Positions 1 to 9,910 of a stretch of DNA of 64,000 bases are shown here, piece by piece; positions within the stretch are counted from its first letter, which is position 1, and the number at the start of each line of letters is the position of its first letter. Source of the stretch: Opitutia bacterium. GTDB taxonomy: Bacteria > Verrucomicrobiota > Verrucomicrobiia > Opitutales > T3Sed10-336. The notes beneath the pieces were generated by a model that had not been told where the DNA came from, did no database searches, and saw only the letters and a list, made by a program, of their open reading frames with translations. The stretch spans positions 64,001 to 128,000 of the forward strand of contig JBJHCF010000001.1 in assembly GCA_050506795.1 (NCBI GenBank), read 5' to 3'. Made by a program: the position numbers and the translations under genes.

Positions 1-470
1 CTTCCGACGGCATGATCGCCGATGTGTCGGTCCACGAATCCAGTTTAACCGAAATCGAGGTCAGCATGCCGGCGGCGGTGTATGTGGATGCCCGTCCCGG
101 AGAACGTTTCGAGGGAAGAGTGACTCGTATCGCGCCGATTCCCGATGCCCAGAGCATTTGGCAAAATCCGGACCTGGTGGTGTATCAGACGCAGATTCAA
201 GTGGATGCGGCGGGCCTGCGCACAGGAATGACCTGCCGCGTGGAGATTGTGGTGGCCGAGCTTGAGGACGTGATCAAGGTGCCCCTGAGCGCGGTGGCCG
301 GTTCGGGGGATTATTATCAGGTGTGGGTTGCCACCGCTGAGGGGACGGAGATTCGACCGGTCGAAATCGGGAGCGATGACGGTGAGTACGTGCACATCGA
401 ATCCGGACTCGAGGCCGGCGAGTTGATTCTCGCCGACCCTGTCGCCGCCCCCGCGGTGGCGCAATTATGA
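1..470 (+). CDS. Efflux RND/ABC transporter periplasmic adaptor (HlyD/MacA-like), 5'-truncated by the window edge
   Basis: Frame is open to the window start; MacA-like C-terminal motifs (GLRTGMT..V.I.V, VP.SAV, V.I.SGLEAGE). Confidence 0.8.
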   Translation, partial: SDGMIADVSVHESSLTEIEVSMPAAVYVDARPGERFEGRVTRIAPIPDAQSIWQNPDLVVYQTQIQVDAAGLRTGMTCRVEIVVAELEDVIKVPLSAVAGSGDYYQVWVATAEGTEIRPVEIGSDDGEYVHIESGLEAGELILADPVAAPAVAQL

Positions 471-477
471 TCCTCCC

Positions 478-1668
478 TCAAAACCGGTGCCTCACTGGTC
501 CGAGACTTACAATTGAGATGCCGATGAGAATCGCCGCGAACCACGCCACGGTGGTGGGAGCGTAGAGAGCGATTAGGTAAAACCCGAGAAAGGGAGCCAG
601 AACGCCTCGTATGCCGGTGGTGAAGGTGTGCACGCTCATGTAGTCGGCCGCTTTGCCTTCGGGGGCGAGTTTGGTCACCCACAGGTTCCAGGCGATGTGG
701 CCGCCGGCCGCACCGATGCCGAAAATGGCGGAGGCGATTCCGAGCACAATCAGATTCTGGGAGTTGAAAAAGAGGAGTATCGCCACCAGGAAACAGCCGT
801 TCAGCAGGGTGCGTATTACGATGAAGTTGATACGGTCAAAAAGGTAACCCCACATATGGGTGGTCAGCAGGCGCGAGACCGACGGGATAACCGCAGTCAT
901 CAGCGCGATCTGGGCATTGGTGGCGTTTATCCCGAAACGGGGTTGCGCCATGTACTCCACTCGCAGCGGCAACGTCATGAGATTTCCGATGCCCATCAAC
1001 ATCCAGATCAGGAGCATCCAGCCGAAAACCTTGTCCGTCCAGGCCAGGCTGAGATTGCCGAATGGGTTGCGTGACGCCTGGGCGGTGAGCGGATTGGAGG
1101 GCATGCGAGAAACCGCCCAGGCGGACACCAGACACGCGACCGCGAGGACCAGCATGATGTAGGAGTAGTTGTTCAGATCCGCATCCAGCATACGTCCGCC
1201 GGCATAGGCGAACAGGGCGGACGCCAGGACGGCGATAAAGATGCTGTTGGACAGCAGGGAGCCTCGCCGGCTCGGGTGGTAGTTGTCGGAATAAATGTGA
1301 ACCATGAACGGCACCTGCTGATGCAGAAGGAGGTACCCGAGCACCGTAGCCACGACAAAGACGTACAGATTGCCCGTCCAGGCCGACACCAGCAAGGCGG
1401 TGCAGGCAAGGGTCAGAAAGAAACCCGCGGCCCGGGCCGCGGGCGTACGCAAACGTGAGACGAGATAGAGGCTGACCGGAGTCAGCAGCAACCCGTAGGG
1501 TCCGGCGCCGGCCAGGAGTGATTTCATGATCGGAGAAGCGTCGAAGACCCGCACCGCGATGAGCAGGACAAAGGTTTGCATTCCGGCTTCGAGAAACCCC
1601 TGGCAACCGCCCCGGACCAGATCGTACCGAAAGGTCAGTTGCGCCCGCCTCTTACGATCGTCCTCCAT
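478..1668 (-). CDS. MFS transporter
   Basis: 396 aa with about 12 hydrophobic segments; WGYLFDR motif-A-like loop. Confidence 0.8.
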   Translation of the reverse strand: MEDDRKRRAQLTFRYDLVRGGCQGFLEAGMQTFVLLIAVRVFDASPIMKSLLAGAGPYGLLLTPVSLYLVSRLRTPAARAAGFFLTLACTALLVSAWTGNLYVFVVATVLGYLLLHQQVPFMVHIYSDNYHPSRRGSLLSNSIFIAVLASALFAYAGGRMLDADLNNYSYIMLVLAVACLVSAWAVSRMPSNPLTAQASRNPFGNLSLAWTDKVFGWMLLIWMLMGIGNLMTLPLRVEYMAQPRFGINATNAQIALMTAVIPSVSRLLTTHMWGYLFDRINFIVIRTLLNGCFLVAILLFFNSQNLIVLGIASAIFGIGAAGGHIAWNLWVTKLAPEGKAADYMSVHTFTTGIRGVLAPFLGFYLIALYAPTTVAWFAAILIGISIVSLGPVRHRF

Positions 1669-1827
1669 GTGGTGAGCAAACCGGGAAAGAGCGCGATGGA
1701 AAAGGAAAAAGGTGTTTTATCCGTACCAGGGAATGCCCGGGGCGACAATCGAGGCATGGTATTTAACAATAGATGCCCGGACGCGAATGGTATCCCGGAG
1801 TAAAGTTGAAAATCTGAATTACCCGAT

Positions 1828-2172
1828 ATGCACGAAGTCAGTCTCATGGCGCAGATGCTTGAAATCGCGCGCTCCGAAGCGGCCAACGCCGGAGCCAGGA
1901 GGATCGACTTGATCCAGATTCGGGCCGGGGCGCTTTCGGGTGTCGTTCCGGAGGCGCTTCGCTTCGCTTTCGAGGTTCTGCGCGGCTCCGATGCGGTCAC
2001 CGCCGGAGCCCGCATCGAAATCGAACCGGTGGCGGTCCGCTGCCGCTGTCGAACCTGCGGACGGGAATTCGAGCCGTCCGACGCGGTTTTCGTTTGTCCG
2101 GACTGCGAGAGTCCGGATGCGGAAATCCTTTCCGGCCGCGAATTGGAATTGACTCGGATGGAAGTCCTTTAA
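1828..2172 (+). CDS. hypA: Hydrogenase maturation nickel metallochaperone HypA
   Basis: N-terminal MHE, G.LSGV.PEAL.FAF, two CxxC Zn motifs, GREL. Confidence 0.95.
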   Translation: MHEVSLMAQMLEIARSEAANAGARRIDLIQIRAGALSGVVPEALRFAFEVLRGSDAVTAGARIEIEPVAVRCRCRTCGREFEPSDAVFVCPDCESPDAEILSGRELELTRMEVL

Positions 2173-2203
2173 CCCCAGATCCAACGGCGAACTCAGGAGT
2201 TTT

Positions 2204-3067
2204 ATGTGTGAATCGTGCGGCTGTAACCGGGAAGAAGATTTTGGGTTGTCCACCGGTAAGGAGGGCGGAACTGGGTTTCACGTTCATCGAAACGCGGACG
2301 GGCACCTGCACGTTCATCGGCACCAGCCCGGGGAACACGCCGGACCGAACCCGGAAGACGGCGGTCACACCGCGTCCACCCGCCGGGTGGAGGTTCGTCA
2401 GTCGGTGCTGTCCGCCAACGATCGGCAGGCGGAAAGGAATCGCGGATTTTTCCAGGCCAGGAACGTTCGGGTTCTCAACCTGATGTCGTCACCTGGTGCG
2501 GGCAAGACCACCTTGCTGGAACGGACGTTGCGGGATTTGTCGGGGTTCGTTCGCATGGCGGTTATTGTCGGCGATCTGGCGACCGAGAACGATGCCCGGC
2601 GTCTGCGGGAGCACGGCGCCGAAGTGATACAGGTGACCACCGGAACGTTGTGTCACCTCGATGCCGGCATGGTTCGTTCGGCATTGGACGCGATTGACCT
2701 GGATAAGGTGGACCTCCTGTTGATTGAGAACGTGGGTAACCTCGTTTGCCCCGCTTCCTTCGATCTGGGAGAGTCCGGCCGGGTGGTTTTGCTGTCGGTG
2801 ACCGAAGGGGAGGACAAACCGTTGAAATACCCGCCGATTTTCAAGGCCGCCGACCTGGTGGTTCTGACGAAAACCGATCTACAGGAGGCGGCGGGCTATG
2901 ACCGCGACCTCGCCTTGGAGACCCTGCGAAGCGTGGCTCCGCAGGCTCGAGTTATCGAGGTTTCCGCTCGCAGCGGAGACGGCTTGGAGGATTGGGGACG
3001 GTATATCGCGGAGGAGACGAGGGTGTATGAAAACCTCAGGAAAGGCGTCCAGAGTTGTGGAGAGTAG
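2204..3067 (+). CDS. hypB: Hydrogenase nickel incorporation GTPase HypB
   Basis: MCESCGC Ni motif, His-rich stretch, SSPGAGKTT P-loop, CHLDA, ENVGNLVCP, EGEDKPLKYP. Confidence 0.96.
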   Translation: MCESCGCNREEDFGLSTGKEGGTGFHVHRNADGHLHVHRHQPGEHAGPNPEDGGHTASTRRVEVRQSVLSANDRQAERNRGFFQARNVRVLNLMSSPGAGKTTLLERTLRDLSGFVRMAVIVGDLATENDARRLREHGAEVIQVTTGTLCHLDAGMVRSALDAIDLDKVDLLLIENVGNLVCPASFDLGESGRVVLLSVTEGEDKPLKYPPIFKAADLVVLTKTDLQEAAGYDRDLALETLRSVAPQARVIEVSARSGDGLEDWGRYIAEETRVYENLRKGVQSCGE

Positions 3068-5414
3068 CTTTCCGGACGAAACTTCCTTGGTGGAACTCCG
3101 GTGCCGGGTGCGCGGTGTTGTTCAGGGTGTGGGATTTCGACCGTTTGCCTACCGTTTGGCCGGTCGTTTTGGTGTTCTGGGTTGGGTGGGAAATGATCCC
3201 GGAGGTGTGAGGCTGCGGCTGTACGCGACGAATGAGCGGCTGCAATGGTTTCAGAAAGCACTTGTCAGCGAAGCGCCTCCGGGAGCACGGGTGGATGGCC
3301 TCGAAACGGTGGATGGCGTGGATGGTCTTTGGCCTCCGCTTCCGGATGAAAGGTTTGTTATATTGCCGAGCGATAGCAGCGTTCCGATAGAGACGGAACT
3401 GCCACCCGACCTCGCGGTTTGCGGGGACTGTCTTCGCGAAATGCGGGATCCTTCGGATCGGAGGTACCGTTATCCGTTTATCAGTTGCGCCCATTGCGGT
3501 CCCCGTTATTCCATCATCGAAAACATTCCTTATGATCGCGATCAGACGACCATGCGGGGTTTTGTGATGTGTCAGGAGTGTCGTGCGGAATACGAGGACC
3601 CCGCCGACCGCCGTTTCCACGCCCAGCCAATTGCGTGTCCGCATTGCGGACCGAGTTTGAGCTACCACGAAGGTATGGAAAACCCGGTCCGTCATGGCGA
3701 ACCCGCGTTGCGGGGCGCGGTCGATTGTTTGCGGGCCGGCGGTATTATTGCGGTAAAGGGGGTGGGCGGATTCCACCTGATGTGTGATCCGGGCAACGAT
3801 GAAGCGGTCGCTGCCCTGCGTGCGAGAAAGGGCCGGGAGGAGAAACCGTTTGCGCTGATGGCGCCTTCTCGCCTGGCTGCGCGGCGGCTTTGCCGTTTTT
3901 CTCCCGTGGAAGAAACCGTGCTGACTTCGGTGCGGGCGCCGATCGTGCTTGCCGTTCGACAGCCGGATTCGGTGTACCGAATCAGCGACCTGGTGGCGCC
4001 TAAGAATCAGCTTTACGGGGTGATGTTGCCGTATTCCCCCCTGCACCACCTGATTGTTGATTCCTGGCTTGGCTTCCTGGTGGCTACCAGCGGGAATCTT
4101 TCCGAGGAACCGATTTGTATCGACAATGCCGATGCGATGAGGCGTCTGGCGGGAATCGCAGATGGCTTTCTCATGCACAACCGTCCGATCGCGCGCCCGT
4201 TGGACGATTCCGTGGTGCGGGTCATGCGAAATGAGCCGGTAATTCTTCGTCGGGCCCGGGGTTACGCACCGGGCTCGGCGCCGGCTCAGTCCCGGTTGCC
4301 TTCTCTTCTGGCGACCGGCGGTCAGCTCAAGAACACTTTGGCGGTGACGGCCGGAGGCCGGATGTTTCCCAGCCAGCATATCGGCGACCTTTCCACTCGC
4401 GAGGCCCGTGCCTTGTTCGAGGAAGAGGCTTCCAGTTTGTCGCGGCTATACGCGGTTAAGCCGGAGGCAGTCGCCTGTGATCTTCATCCAGAATACGCCT
4501 CGACCCTCTGGGCGGAGCGTCAGGGGCTGCCGGTGGTGCGGGTCCAGCATCACCGGGCCCATGTGCTTTCCTGTATCAGCGACAACAAACTGTCGGGTTC
4601 AGTACTGGGAGTCGCCTGGGATGGGTCCGGGTACGGGCCGGATGGGGTCATTTGGGGAGGGGAGTGGCTGCAATGCGCGGCCGGGAGTTCCAGCTGGCGC
4701 CGGGTGGCTTGTTTTCGTGAGTTCCTTTTGCCGGGTGGAGACGCCGCTATTCGGCGCCCGGCGTTGAGCGCGCTCGGTTTGCTCTGGGAGGCCTATGGCA
4801 ACCGCTCGTTTCCCGGCGACACTTTAGGCGAGCGACTGGGAATAGGAGAACGGGAAATGGGAATTCTGGTGAAAATGCTGTCACGACGCCTTCGGACACC
4901 CGCGACCACCAGCGCCGGACGGTTGTTCGATGGCGTCGCCGCGCTGCTGGGAATGGAAACCACGATTTCCTACGAGGGGCAGGCGGCAATGAGGGTGGAA
5001 GAGTTGGCCGGTCGGTCCGCGGACGGCGGCGAATATCCGTTCGATTGTCTGACCGCCGCGCGCAATGGTAATCCGGAGATCTATCCGGAACTGGTGGTGG
5101 ATTGGATTCCCATGCTGCGGGCGATCCTGAGGGAAATCGATCGCAACGTACCGAGGGCGACCGTTGCGCGCAGGTTTCACAATACGCTCGCGCGGATGAT
5201 CGCCGTGGTCGCCAGAAAGAGACCGGACCTTCCAGTCGTGCTCACCGGAGGTTGTTTCCAGAACAAGCTTTTATACGAAAGCACGGCTGCGCTACTCGAG
5301 AAAGAAGGCATCGCCGTTTACGGCCACCGCGACATTCCGCCCAACGATGGAGGCCTTTCGACCGGCCAGCTTCTGGCCGCCGCCGGCCTTACGCCCGACA
5401 ACTTGCCATCCTGA
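3057..5414 (+). CDS. hypF: Carbamoyltransferase HypF (start uncertain: 3027 ATG or 3057 GTG)
   Basis: Acylphosphatase G.VQGVGFRP, Zn fingers (C..CGPRY, RRFHAQP.AC..CGP), QHH.AH, PPNDGG. Confidence 0.95.
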   Translation: MESSFPDETSLVELRCRVRGVVQGVGFRPFAYRLAGRFGVLGWVGNDPGGVRLRLYATNERLQWFQKALVSEAPPGARVDGLETVDGVDGLWPPLPDERFVILPSDSSVPIETELPPDLAVCGDCLREMRDPSDRRYRYPFISCAHCGPRYSIIENIPYDRDQTTMRGFVMCQECRAEYEDPADRRFHAQPIACPHCGPSLSYHEGMENPVRHGEPALRGAVDCLRAGGIIAVKGVGGFHLMCDPGNDEAVAALRARKGREEKPFALMAPSRLAARRLCRFSPVEETVLTSVRAPIVLAVRQPDSVYRISDLVAPKNQLYGVMLPYSPLHHLIVDSWLGFLVATSGNLSEEPICIDNADAMRRLAGIADGFLMHNRPIARPLDDSVVRVMRNEPVILRRARGYAPGSAPAQSRLPSLLATGGQLKNTLAVTAGGRMFPSQHIGDLSTREARALFEEEASSLSRLYAVKPEAVACDLHPEYASTLWAERQGLPVVRVQHHRAHVLSCISDNKLSGSVLGVAWDGSGYGPDGVIWGGEWLQCAAGSSSWRRVACFREFLLPGGDAAIRRPALSALGLLWEAYGNRSFPGDTLGERLGIGEREMGILVKMLSRRLRTPATTSAGRLFDGVAALLGMETTISYEGQAAMRVEELAGRSADGGEYPFDCLTAARNGNPEIYPELVVDWIPMLRAILREIDRNVPRATVARRFHNTLARMIAVVARKRPDLPVVLTGGCFQNKLLYESTAALLEKEGIAVYGHRDIPPNDGGLSTGQLLAAAGLTPDNLPS

Positions 5415-5451
5415 TGACGTCATGATCTTATAAACTCAACCCTTGCCATCA

Positions 5452-5712
5452 ATGTGCCTCGCGATTCCAGGAAAAGTTCTCTCGATCTCCGGTGAGACGC
5501 CGTTTGATTTGAAAGGCCGCGTCAGCTTCGGAGGATTGATCAAAGAGGTCAGCCTGGCCTGTGTTCCCGATGTTCTCCCGGGCGAGTACGTCATCGTTCA
5601 TGTCGGTTTCGCTTTGAGCAAGCTCGACGAGCAGGAGGCGCGGCGCGTTTTCGCCTACCTGGAGGAAAATGAGGACCTCGACGAACTGAATGCGGGAGAG
5701 GAGGCGCCTTGA
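5452..5712 (+). CDS. hypC: Hydrogenase assembly chaperone HypC
   Basis: MCLAIPG start at ATG 5452; [11 protein letters not shown]. Confidence 0.95.
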   Translation: MCLAIPGKVLSISGETPFDLKGRVSFGGLIKEVSLACVPDVLPGEYVIVHVGFALSKLDEQEARRVFAYLEENEDLDELNAGEEAP

Positions 5713-6821
5713 AGTATATCGATGAATACCGTGATGCCGCCGACGCCAAACGCCTGGCTGAAGCGATCGAGAGTATTGTCACCCGGCCGTGGAATATCAT
5801 GGAGGTGTGCGGCGGGCAGACCCACGCCATTATTCGGTTTGGGGTGGAGCGGCTTCTGCCGAAGGAGGTCAACCTGATCCATGGCCCCGGTTGCCCGGTT
5901 TGTGTGACGCCTCTGGAGCTGATTGATCGCGCCATCGAGCTGGCCCGGCGTCCCGAGGTGACTCTTTGCTCCTTCGGAGACATGCTCCGGGTTCCCGGCT
6001 CGGAATGCGATCTCCTGACGGTTAAAGCGGACGGCGGCCAGGTGAAGGTGGTCTATTCTCCCCTGGACGCCCTGGAATTCGCCCGGGCGAACCCGAATCG
6101 GGAAGTGGTTTTTTTCGCGGTGGGATTTGAAACCACCGCCCCCGCCAACGCCTTTGCTGTGTTTCAGGCGAAACGGCTGCAGGTGCCGAATTTTTCCCTG
6201 CTGGTTTCCCACGTGCTGGTTCCTCCAGCCATGGAGGCGATCTTAGGATCGGCCGAGAATCGCGTTCAGGGTTTCCTCGGCGCCGGGCATGTCTGCACCG
6301 TAATGGGTCTCGAAGAATACCGGCCGTTGGCCGAACGGTATAGGGTTCCGATTGTGGTGACCGGTTTTGAGCCGATCGATATCCTGCAGGGCATCTTCAT
6401 GTGTGTGAAACAACTGGAGGAGGGCAGGGCGGTAGTGGAAAATCAATACGCCCGCTCGGTGCGGCCGCAGGGGAATCCGCACGCGGTGGAACTGATACAG
6501 GAGGTGTTCGAACCCGGTCCACGCCAGTGGCGGGGAATCGGAGAAATTCCCCTGAGCGGACTACATTTGCGAGCGCCTTACCGGGAATTCGATGCCGAGC
6601 GGCGGTTCACTTTGCAAAACCGCACCAGCGAGGAACCATCCGAATGTATCAGCGGCCTGGTTCTGCAGGGACGAAAGAAACCATTTGAATGCCCGGCCTT
6701 TGGCACGCGCTGCACTCCGGAGCGTCCGCTGGGTGCTCCCATGGTCTCGGCGGAAGGCGCCTGCGCGGCTTATTATCGGTATCGAACTGTTGGTGACACG
6801 GGGGAGGCGGTGAATTCATGA
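5709..6821 (+). CDS. hypD: Hydrogenase formation protein HypD
   Basis: [24 protein letters not shown]-terminal Fe-S Cys motif with MVS.EGAC. Confidence 0.96.
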   Translation: MKYIDEYRDAADAKRLAEAIESIVTRPWNIMEVCGGQTHAIIRFGVERLLPKEVNLIHGPGCPVCVTPLELIDRAIELARRPEVTLCSFGDMLRVPGSECDLLTVKADGGQVKVVYSPLDALEFARANPNREVVFFAVGFETTAPANAFAVFQAKRLQVPNFSLLVSHVLVPPAMEAILGSAENRVQGFLGAGHVCTVMGLEEYRPLAERYRVPIVVTGFEPIDILQGIFMCVKQLEEGRAVVENQYARSVRPQGNPHAVELIQEVFEPGPRQWRGIGEIPLSGLHLRAPYREFDAERRFTLQNRTSEEPSECISGLVLQGRKKPFECPAFGTRCTPERPLGAPMVSAEGACAAYYRYRTVGDTGEAVNS

Positions 6822-7912
6822 GTGATTCCTCCGGCAAACCTTCTGGAACTCAAGGGAGCCTTCCGGAGAGCGGGGTCACCTGTCCGGTTCCGCTTTCCAA
6901 ATGGAGCGCGGTACAGATGGCCCATGGAGGCGGGGGGCGCGTTTCCCGGGAGTTGATGGAGAGTCTCTTTCTTCCGGCGTTTTCCAATCCGGCGCTGGAT
7001 ATTCTGCATGACGGCGCCCTGCTCACTTTGGGCGCGGAGCGGTTGGCTTTCACTACCGACTCCCACGTGGTCAGTCCATTGTTTTTTCCCGGCGGCGACA
7101 TCGGCAAACTGGCGGTTTGCGGCACGGTGAACGACCTGGCGATGTGTGGTGCGCGCCCGCTCTGGCTGAGCGCCGGATTTATCATGGAGGAAGGTTTGCC
7201 CATGGAGACCCTGAAAAGGGTGGTGGATTCCATGCGCGAAGCAGCGGCTGAGTCCGGGGTTCAACTGGTCACGGGGGATACCAAGGTGGTCGATCGAGGG
7301 AAGGGAGACGGACTGTTTATCAACACCGCCGGTATCGGTCGGATCGAGGGCCGGGGTGTCTCGCCCGGTGAGATTCGGTCGGGAGACGTGATTCTGCTCA
7401 GCGGCGACCTGGCGCGGCACGGCATCGCCGTTATGGCTCAGCGCGAGGATCTGGCTTTTGAGGGCGATATCGAAAGCGATTGCGCGTCGCTCGTGGACCC
7501 GGTGATGGCCCTGCTGGAAGCGGAGATTGAAGTCCATTGCCTGCGTGATCTCACGCGAGGAGGGCTGGCGACGGCCCTGGTGGAATTGGCCCGCTCGGCC
7601 GGATGGCAGTTTCGCATCCGCGAAGGGCTGTTGCCGGTGCAGGAAACCATTCGCGGCGCCTGCGAAATTTTGGGACTGGACCCGCTTTACGTGGCGAACG
7701 AAGGCCGTTTCGTGGCCATTCTTTCCGAACACCACGCGGCGCGTGCCCTGGAGATCCTGCGGACCTTTGCCACCACAGCCGGCGCGCGAATCATCGGACA
7801 GGTGCACAGCTTGTCGAAAAACGCCTCCGGCGGGGTCACTCTGACCAGCTCAATCGGAGTCGACCGGGTGGTCGACTTTCTCAGCGGCGAGCAGCTGCCC
7901 CGGATCTGCTGA
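6818..7912 (+). CDS. hypE: Hydrogenase expression/formation protein HypE
   Basis: HGGGG, FPGGDIG, NDLAM.GA, GDTKVV, ANEG, C-terminal LPRIC. Confidence 0.96.
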   Translation: MSDSSGKPSGTQGSLPESGVTCPVPLSKWSAVQMAHGGGGRVSRELMESLFLPAFSNPALDILHDGALLTLGAERLAFTTDSHVVSPLFFPGGDIGKLAVCGTVNDLAMCGARPLWLSAGFIMEEGLPMETLKRVVDSMREAAAESGVQLVTGDTKVVDRGKGDGLFINTAGIGRIEGRGVSPGEIRSGDVILLSGDLARHGIAVMAQREDLAFEGDIESDCASLVDPVMALLEAEIEVHCLRDLTRGGLATALVELARSAGWQFRIREGLLPVQETIRGACEILGLDPLYVANEGRFVAILSEHHAARALEILRTFATTAGARIIGQVHSLSKNASGGVTLTSSIGVDRVVDFLSGEQLPRIC

Positions 7913-8100
7913 TAGGGCGATAAGGGGATAGGCGATAGACGATAGGGGGATAGGCGATAGACGATAGGGCGATAGACGATAGACGATAGGGCGATAGACG
8001 ATAGACGATAGGGGGATAGGCGATAGACGATAGGGGGATAGGCGATAGACGATAGGGGGATAGGCGATAGACGATAGGGCGATAGACGATAGGCGATAGA
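7911..8100 (+). repeat. Tandem array of 26 GATAG-core units (GATAGAC/GATAGGC/GATAGGGC/GATAGGGG), mostly in a 22-bp higher-order period
   Basis: Read directly from the sequence; begins on the hypE stop codon. Confidence 0.95.
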
Positions 8101-8170
8101 ATCACCGGCAACCAATGTCTCTTCTTACCTTTCCACCCAGCTGCTCCAGATACGTCCTTTGTCCACTAAT

Positions 8171-8210
8171 ATCGTCTATCGCCTATCCCCCTATCGCCTA
8201 TCGCCTATCT
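8171..8210 (-). repeat. Short inverted copy of the GATAG array (about 5 units), spanning the stop codon of the four-helix-bundle gene
   Basis: atcgtctatcgcctatccccctatcgcctatcgcctatct is the reverse complement of the array units. Confidence 0.9.
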
Positions 8211-8733
8211 CTTTCTTTCTTGCTTCACGGGCTTCTTTCGACTCGTAGAGGGGATGATCCGGCGTGAGGGTGATGAGGAATTGGTGCCGCAGGTTGTCGG
8301 CGGCCGAGCGCGCCTGGCGTAGTTTTCTTTCCTGGCTTGTCAGGTGGCGTTTGCCCTGTACCGGGCCGCTTTCAATTTGAGCCGCCCAGGCGGCGAGTTG
8401 ACGAACGCAGGAATCCGCGGTGTCGTGGATTGTTTTCAGTCGGTCCTTCGCGGGAAGCAAGCCATGCCGGTCTTTTACCACCAGAACCATGGACCTGACT
8501 TCTCCAGCGGATCCACGCGCGTACCCAAGGAAGGTGAGAAGTTCGTTCGTGGTCACCCGGTCGAACCCTTCAGCGATATTGTTGGAAACCGAAAGCGCGG
8601 CCCGGTCGAGCTGCCCGCGAAAGCCCGTTGTGAAGAGTCGGCTGTGAGCTTCAAAAAGGTCGAGCACTTGATTGTAGAGTCGAGAGCCCGTTTTCCAGGC
8701 GGGCAGTTCGTGAAAATGGCGATATCGGGGCAT
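8191..8733 (-). CDS. Four helix bundle protein (23S rRNA IVS-protein / Avd-like family) with a C-terminal extension
   Basis: C-terminal 180 aa of ORF 8191..9747, from ATG 8733: F.EL.AW, QL.RAA.SVS.NIAEG..R, FL..ARGS.GE. Confidence 0.88.
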   Translation of the reverse strand: MPRYRHFHELPAWKTGSRLYNQVLDLFEAHSRLFTTGFRGQLDRAALSVSNNIAEGFDRVTTNELLTFLGYARGSAGEVRSMVLVVKDRHGLLPAKDRLKTIHDTADSCVRQLAAWAAQIESGPVQGKRHLTSQERKLRQARSAADNLRHQFLITLTPDHPLYESKEAREARKKEIGDRR

Positions 8734-8802
8734 TAAATCGGGGGTTCGGGATTGATTTCTCCTGGCGGGTTGCTTTTGAAACGAGTCGGGATACGATGGA
8801 AC

Positions 8803-9768
8803 ATGCACATTTTCGGGAAAGTCGCGAGGGGATTTGTCCTGAGTCTGCTGTTGACCGGGGTGATATTGGCTTTTACGGGGTGTTCTGAGGCTGCCATGAG
8901 CGAACAAAAAGACGACGACGGATTCAATCAACTGACGCCCGAGGAAGAATACGTGATTCTTCGCAAGGGCACCGAACGGCCTGGCACGGGCCGCTGGCTC
9001 GACCATGAGGAAAAGGGCACTTACGTCTGTCGGCGCTGTGACGCGCCCCTTTACGAATCGAGCTCCAAGTTTGATTCCGGATGCGGCTGGCCGAGTTTCG
9101 ACGACGAAATCGCGGGTGCGGTGGAACGGCTTCCGGATCCGGACGGACGGCGAACCGAGATCGTTTGTGCCAATTGCGGAGGGCATCTGGGTCACGTTTT
9201 CCTGGGCGAGGGATTTACCGAAAAGGACACCCGGCATTGTGTGAATTCGATCTCCATGGATTTTGTGCCCGCCGGACAATTGGTGCGGAAACAGACGGCG
9301 ATCTTTGCCTCCGGCTGTTTCTGGGGGACGGAGTACTTTCTGCAGCGCAGCGAGGGCGTCCTTTCCACCGAATCGGGCTATATCGGCGGTACCACTCCGA
9401 ATCCCACCTACAAACAGGTTTGCACCGGAGAAACCGGACACGCGGAAGCGGTACGGGTGGTTTTTGACGCCGACAAAACCGATTACCGCACCCTGGCCAA
9501 ACTCTTTTTCGAGACCCACGACCCGACCCAGGTCAACCGTCAGGGGCCGGATATCGGGACTCAATACCGATCCGGCATTTTTTATCTGGATGAAGATCAG
9601 AAGGCGATCGCCGAGGAACTCATAGCCGTTTTGCGCGCCAAGGGAATCGACGTGGCGACGGAGGTCACCGCGGCCTCCACCTTCTGGGTGGCTGAGGACT
9701 ACCACCAGGATTACTACACCAAAACCGGCGGCACCCCATACTGTCACGCCTACCGTCCGCTCTTCTAG
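8803..9768 (+). CDS. msrAB: Bifunctional peptide-methionine sulfoxide reductase MsrB-MsrA, possibly a lipoprotein
   Basis: MsrB motifs (GTE.P, KFDSGCGWPSF, HLGHVF, RHCVNS) followed by MsrA motifs (GCFWG, GHAE, HDPT, AEDYHQ.Y); hydrophobic leader ending FTGC. Confidence 0.92.
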   Translation: MHIFGKVARGFVLSLLLTGVILAFTGCSEAAMSEQKDDDGFNQLTPEEEYVILRKGTERPGTGRWLDHEEKGTYVCRRCDAPLYESSSKFDSGCGWPSFDDEIAGAVERLPDPDGRRTEIVCANCGGHLGHVFLGEGFTEKDTRHCVNSISMDFVPAGQLVRKQTAIFASGCFWGTEYFLQRSEGVLSTESGYIGGTTPNPTYKQVCTGETGHAEAVRVVFDADKTDYRTLAKLFFETHDPTQVNRQGPDIGTQYRSGIFYLDEDQKAIAEELIAVLRAKGIDVATEVTAASTFWVAEDYHQDYYTKTGGTPYCHAYRPLF

Positions 9769-9827
9769 AATCCCAAAACCTCGAAAGTTGTTGTAGTTAA
9801 GTCAAGTTTTTCAAATGGATGCGAAAA

Positions 9828-9882
9828 AAAGTAGCTCACGCTTCCAGCGTGAAATTCGCACGCAAGATACGTGCACTACTTT
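9828..9882. repeat. Pair of inverted GTAG-type REP-like palindromes between convergent genes; may also act as a terminator
   Basis: aaaGTAGctcacgcttccagcgtg ... cacgcaagatacgtgcaCTACttt. Confidence 0.6.
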
Positions 9883-9910
9883 GGGTCTGAGGCTACGCCT
9901 CGCTAGTCTG

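Noticed and set aside
7911..8100. Possible CRISPR array
   Set aside because: Units are contiguous 7-8-mers with no unique spacers, and no cas genes are present.
7687..8115. Minus-strand ORFs with SPYRL/IVYRL repeats
   Set aside because: They are translations of the tandem array, and they overlap hypE.
8734..9747. N-terminal 338 aa of the 518-aa ORF 8191..9747
   Set aside because: Antisense shadow of msrBA; family motifs begin only at ATG 8733.
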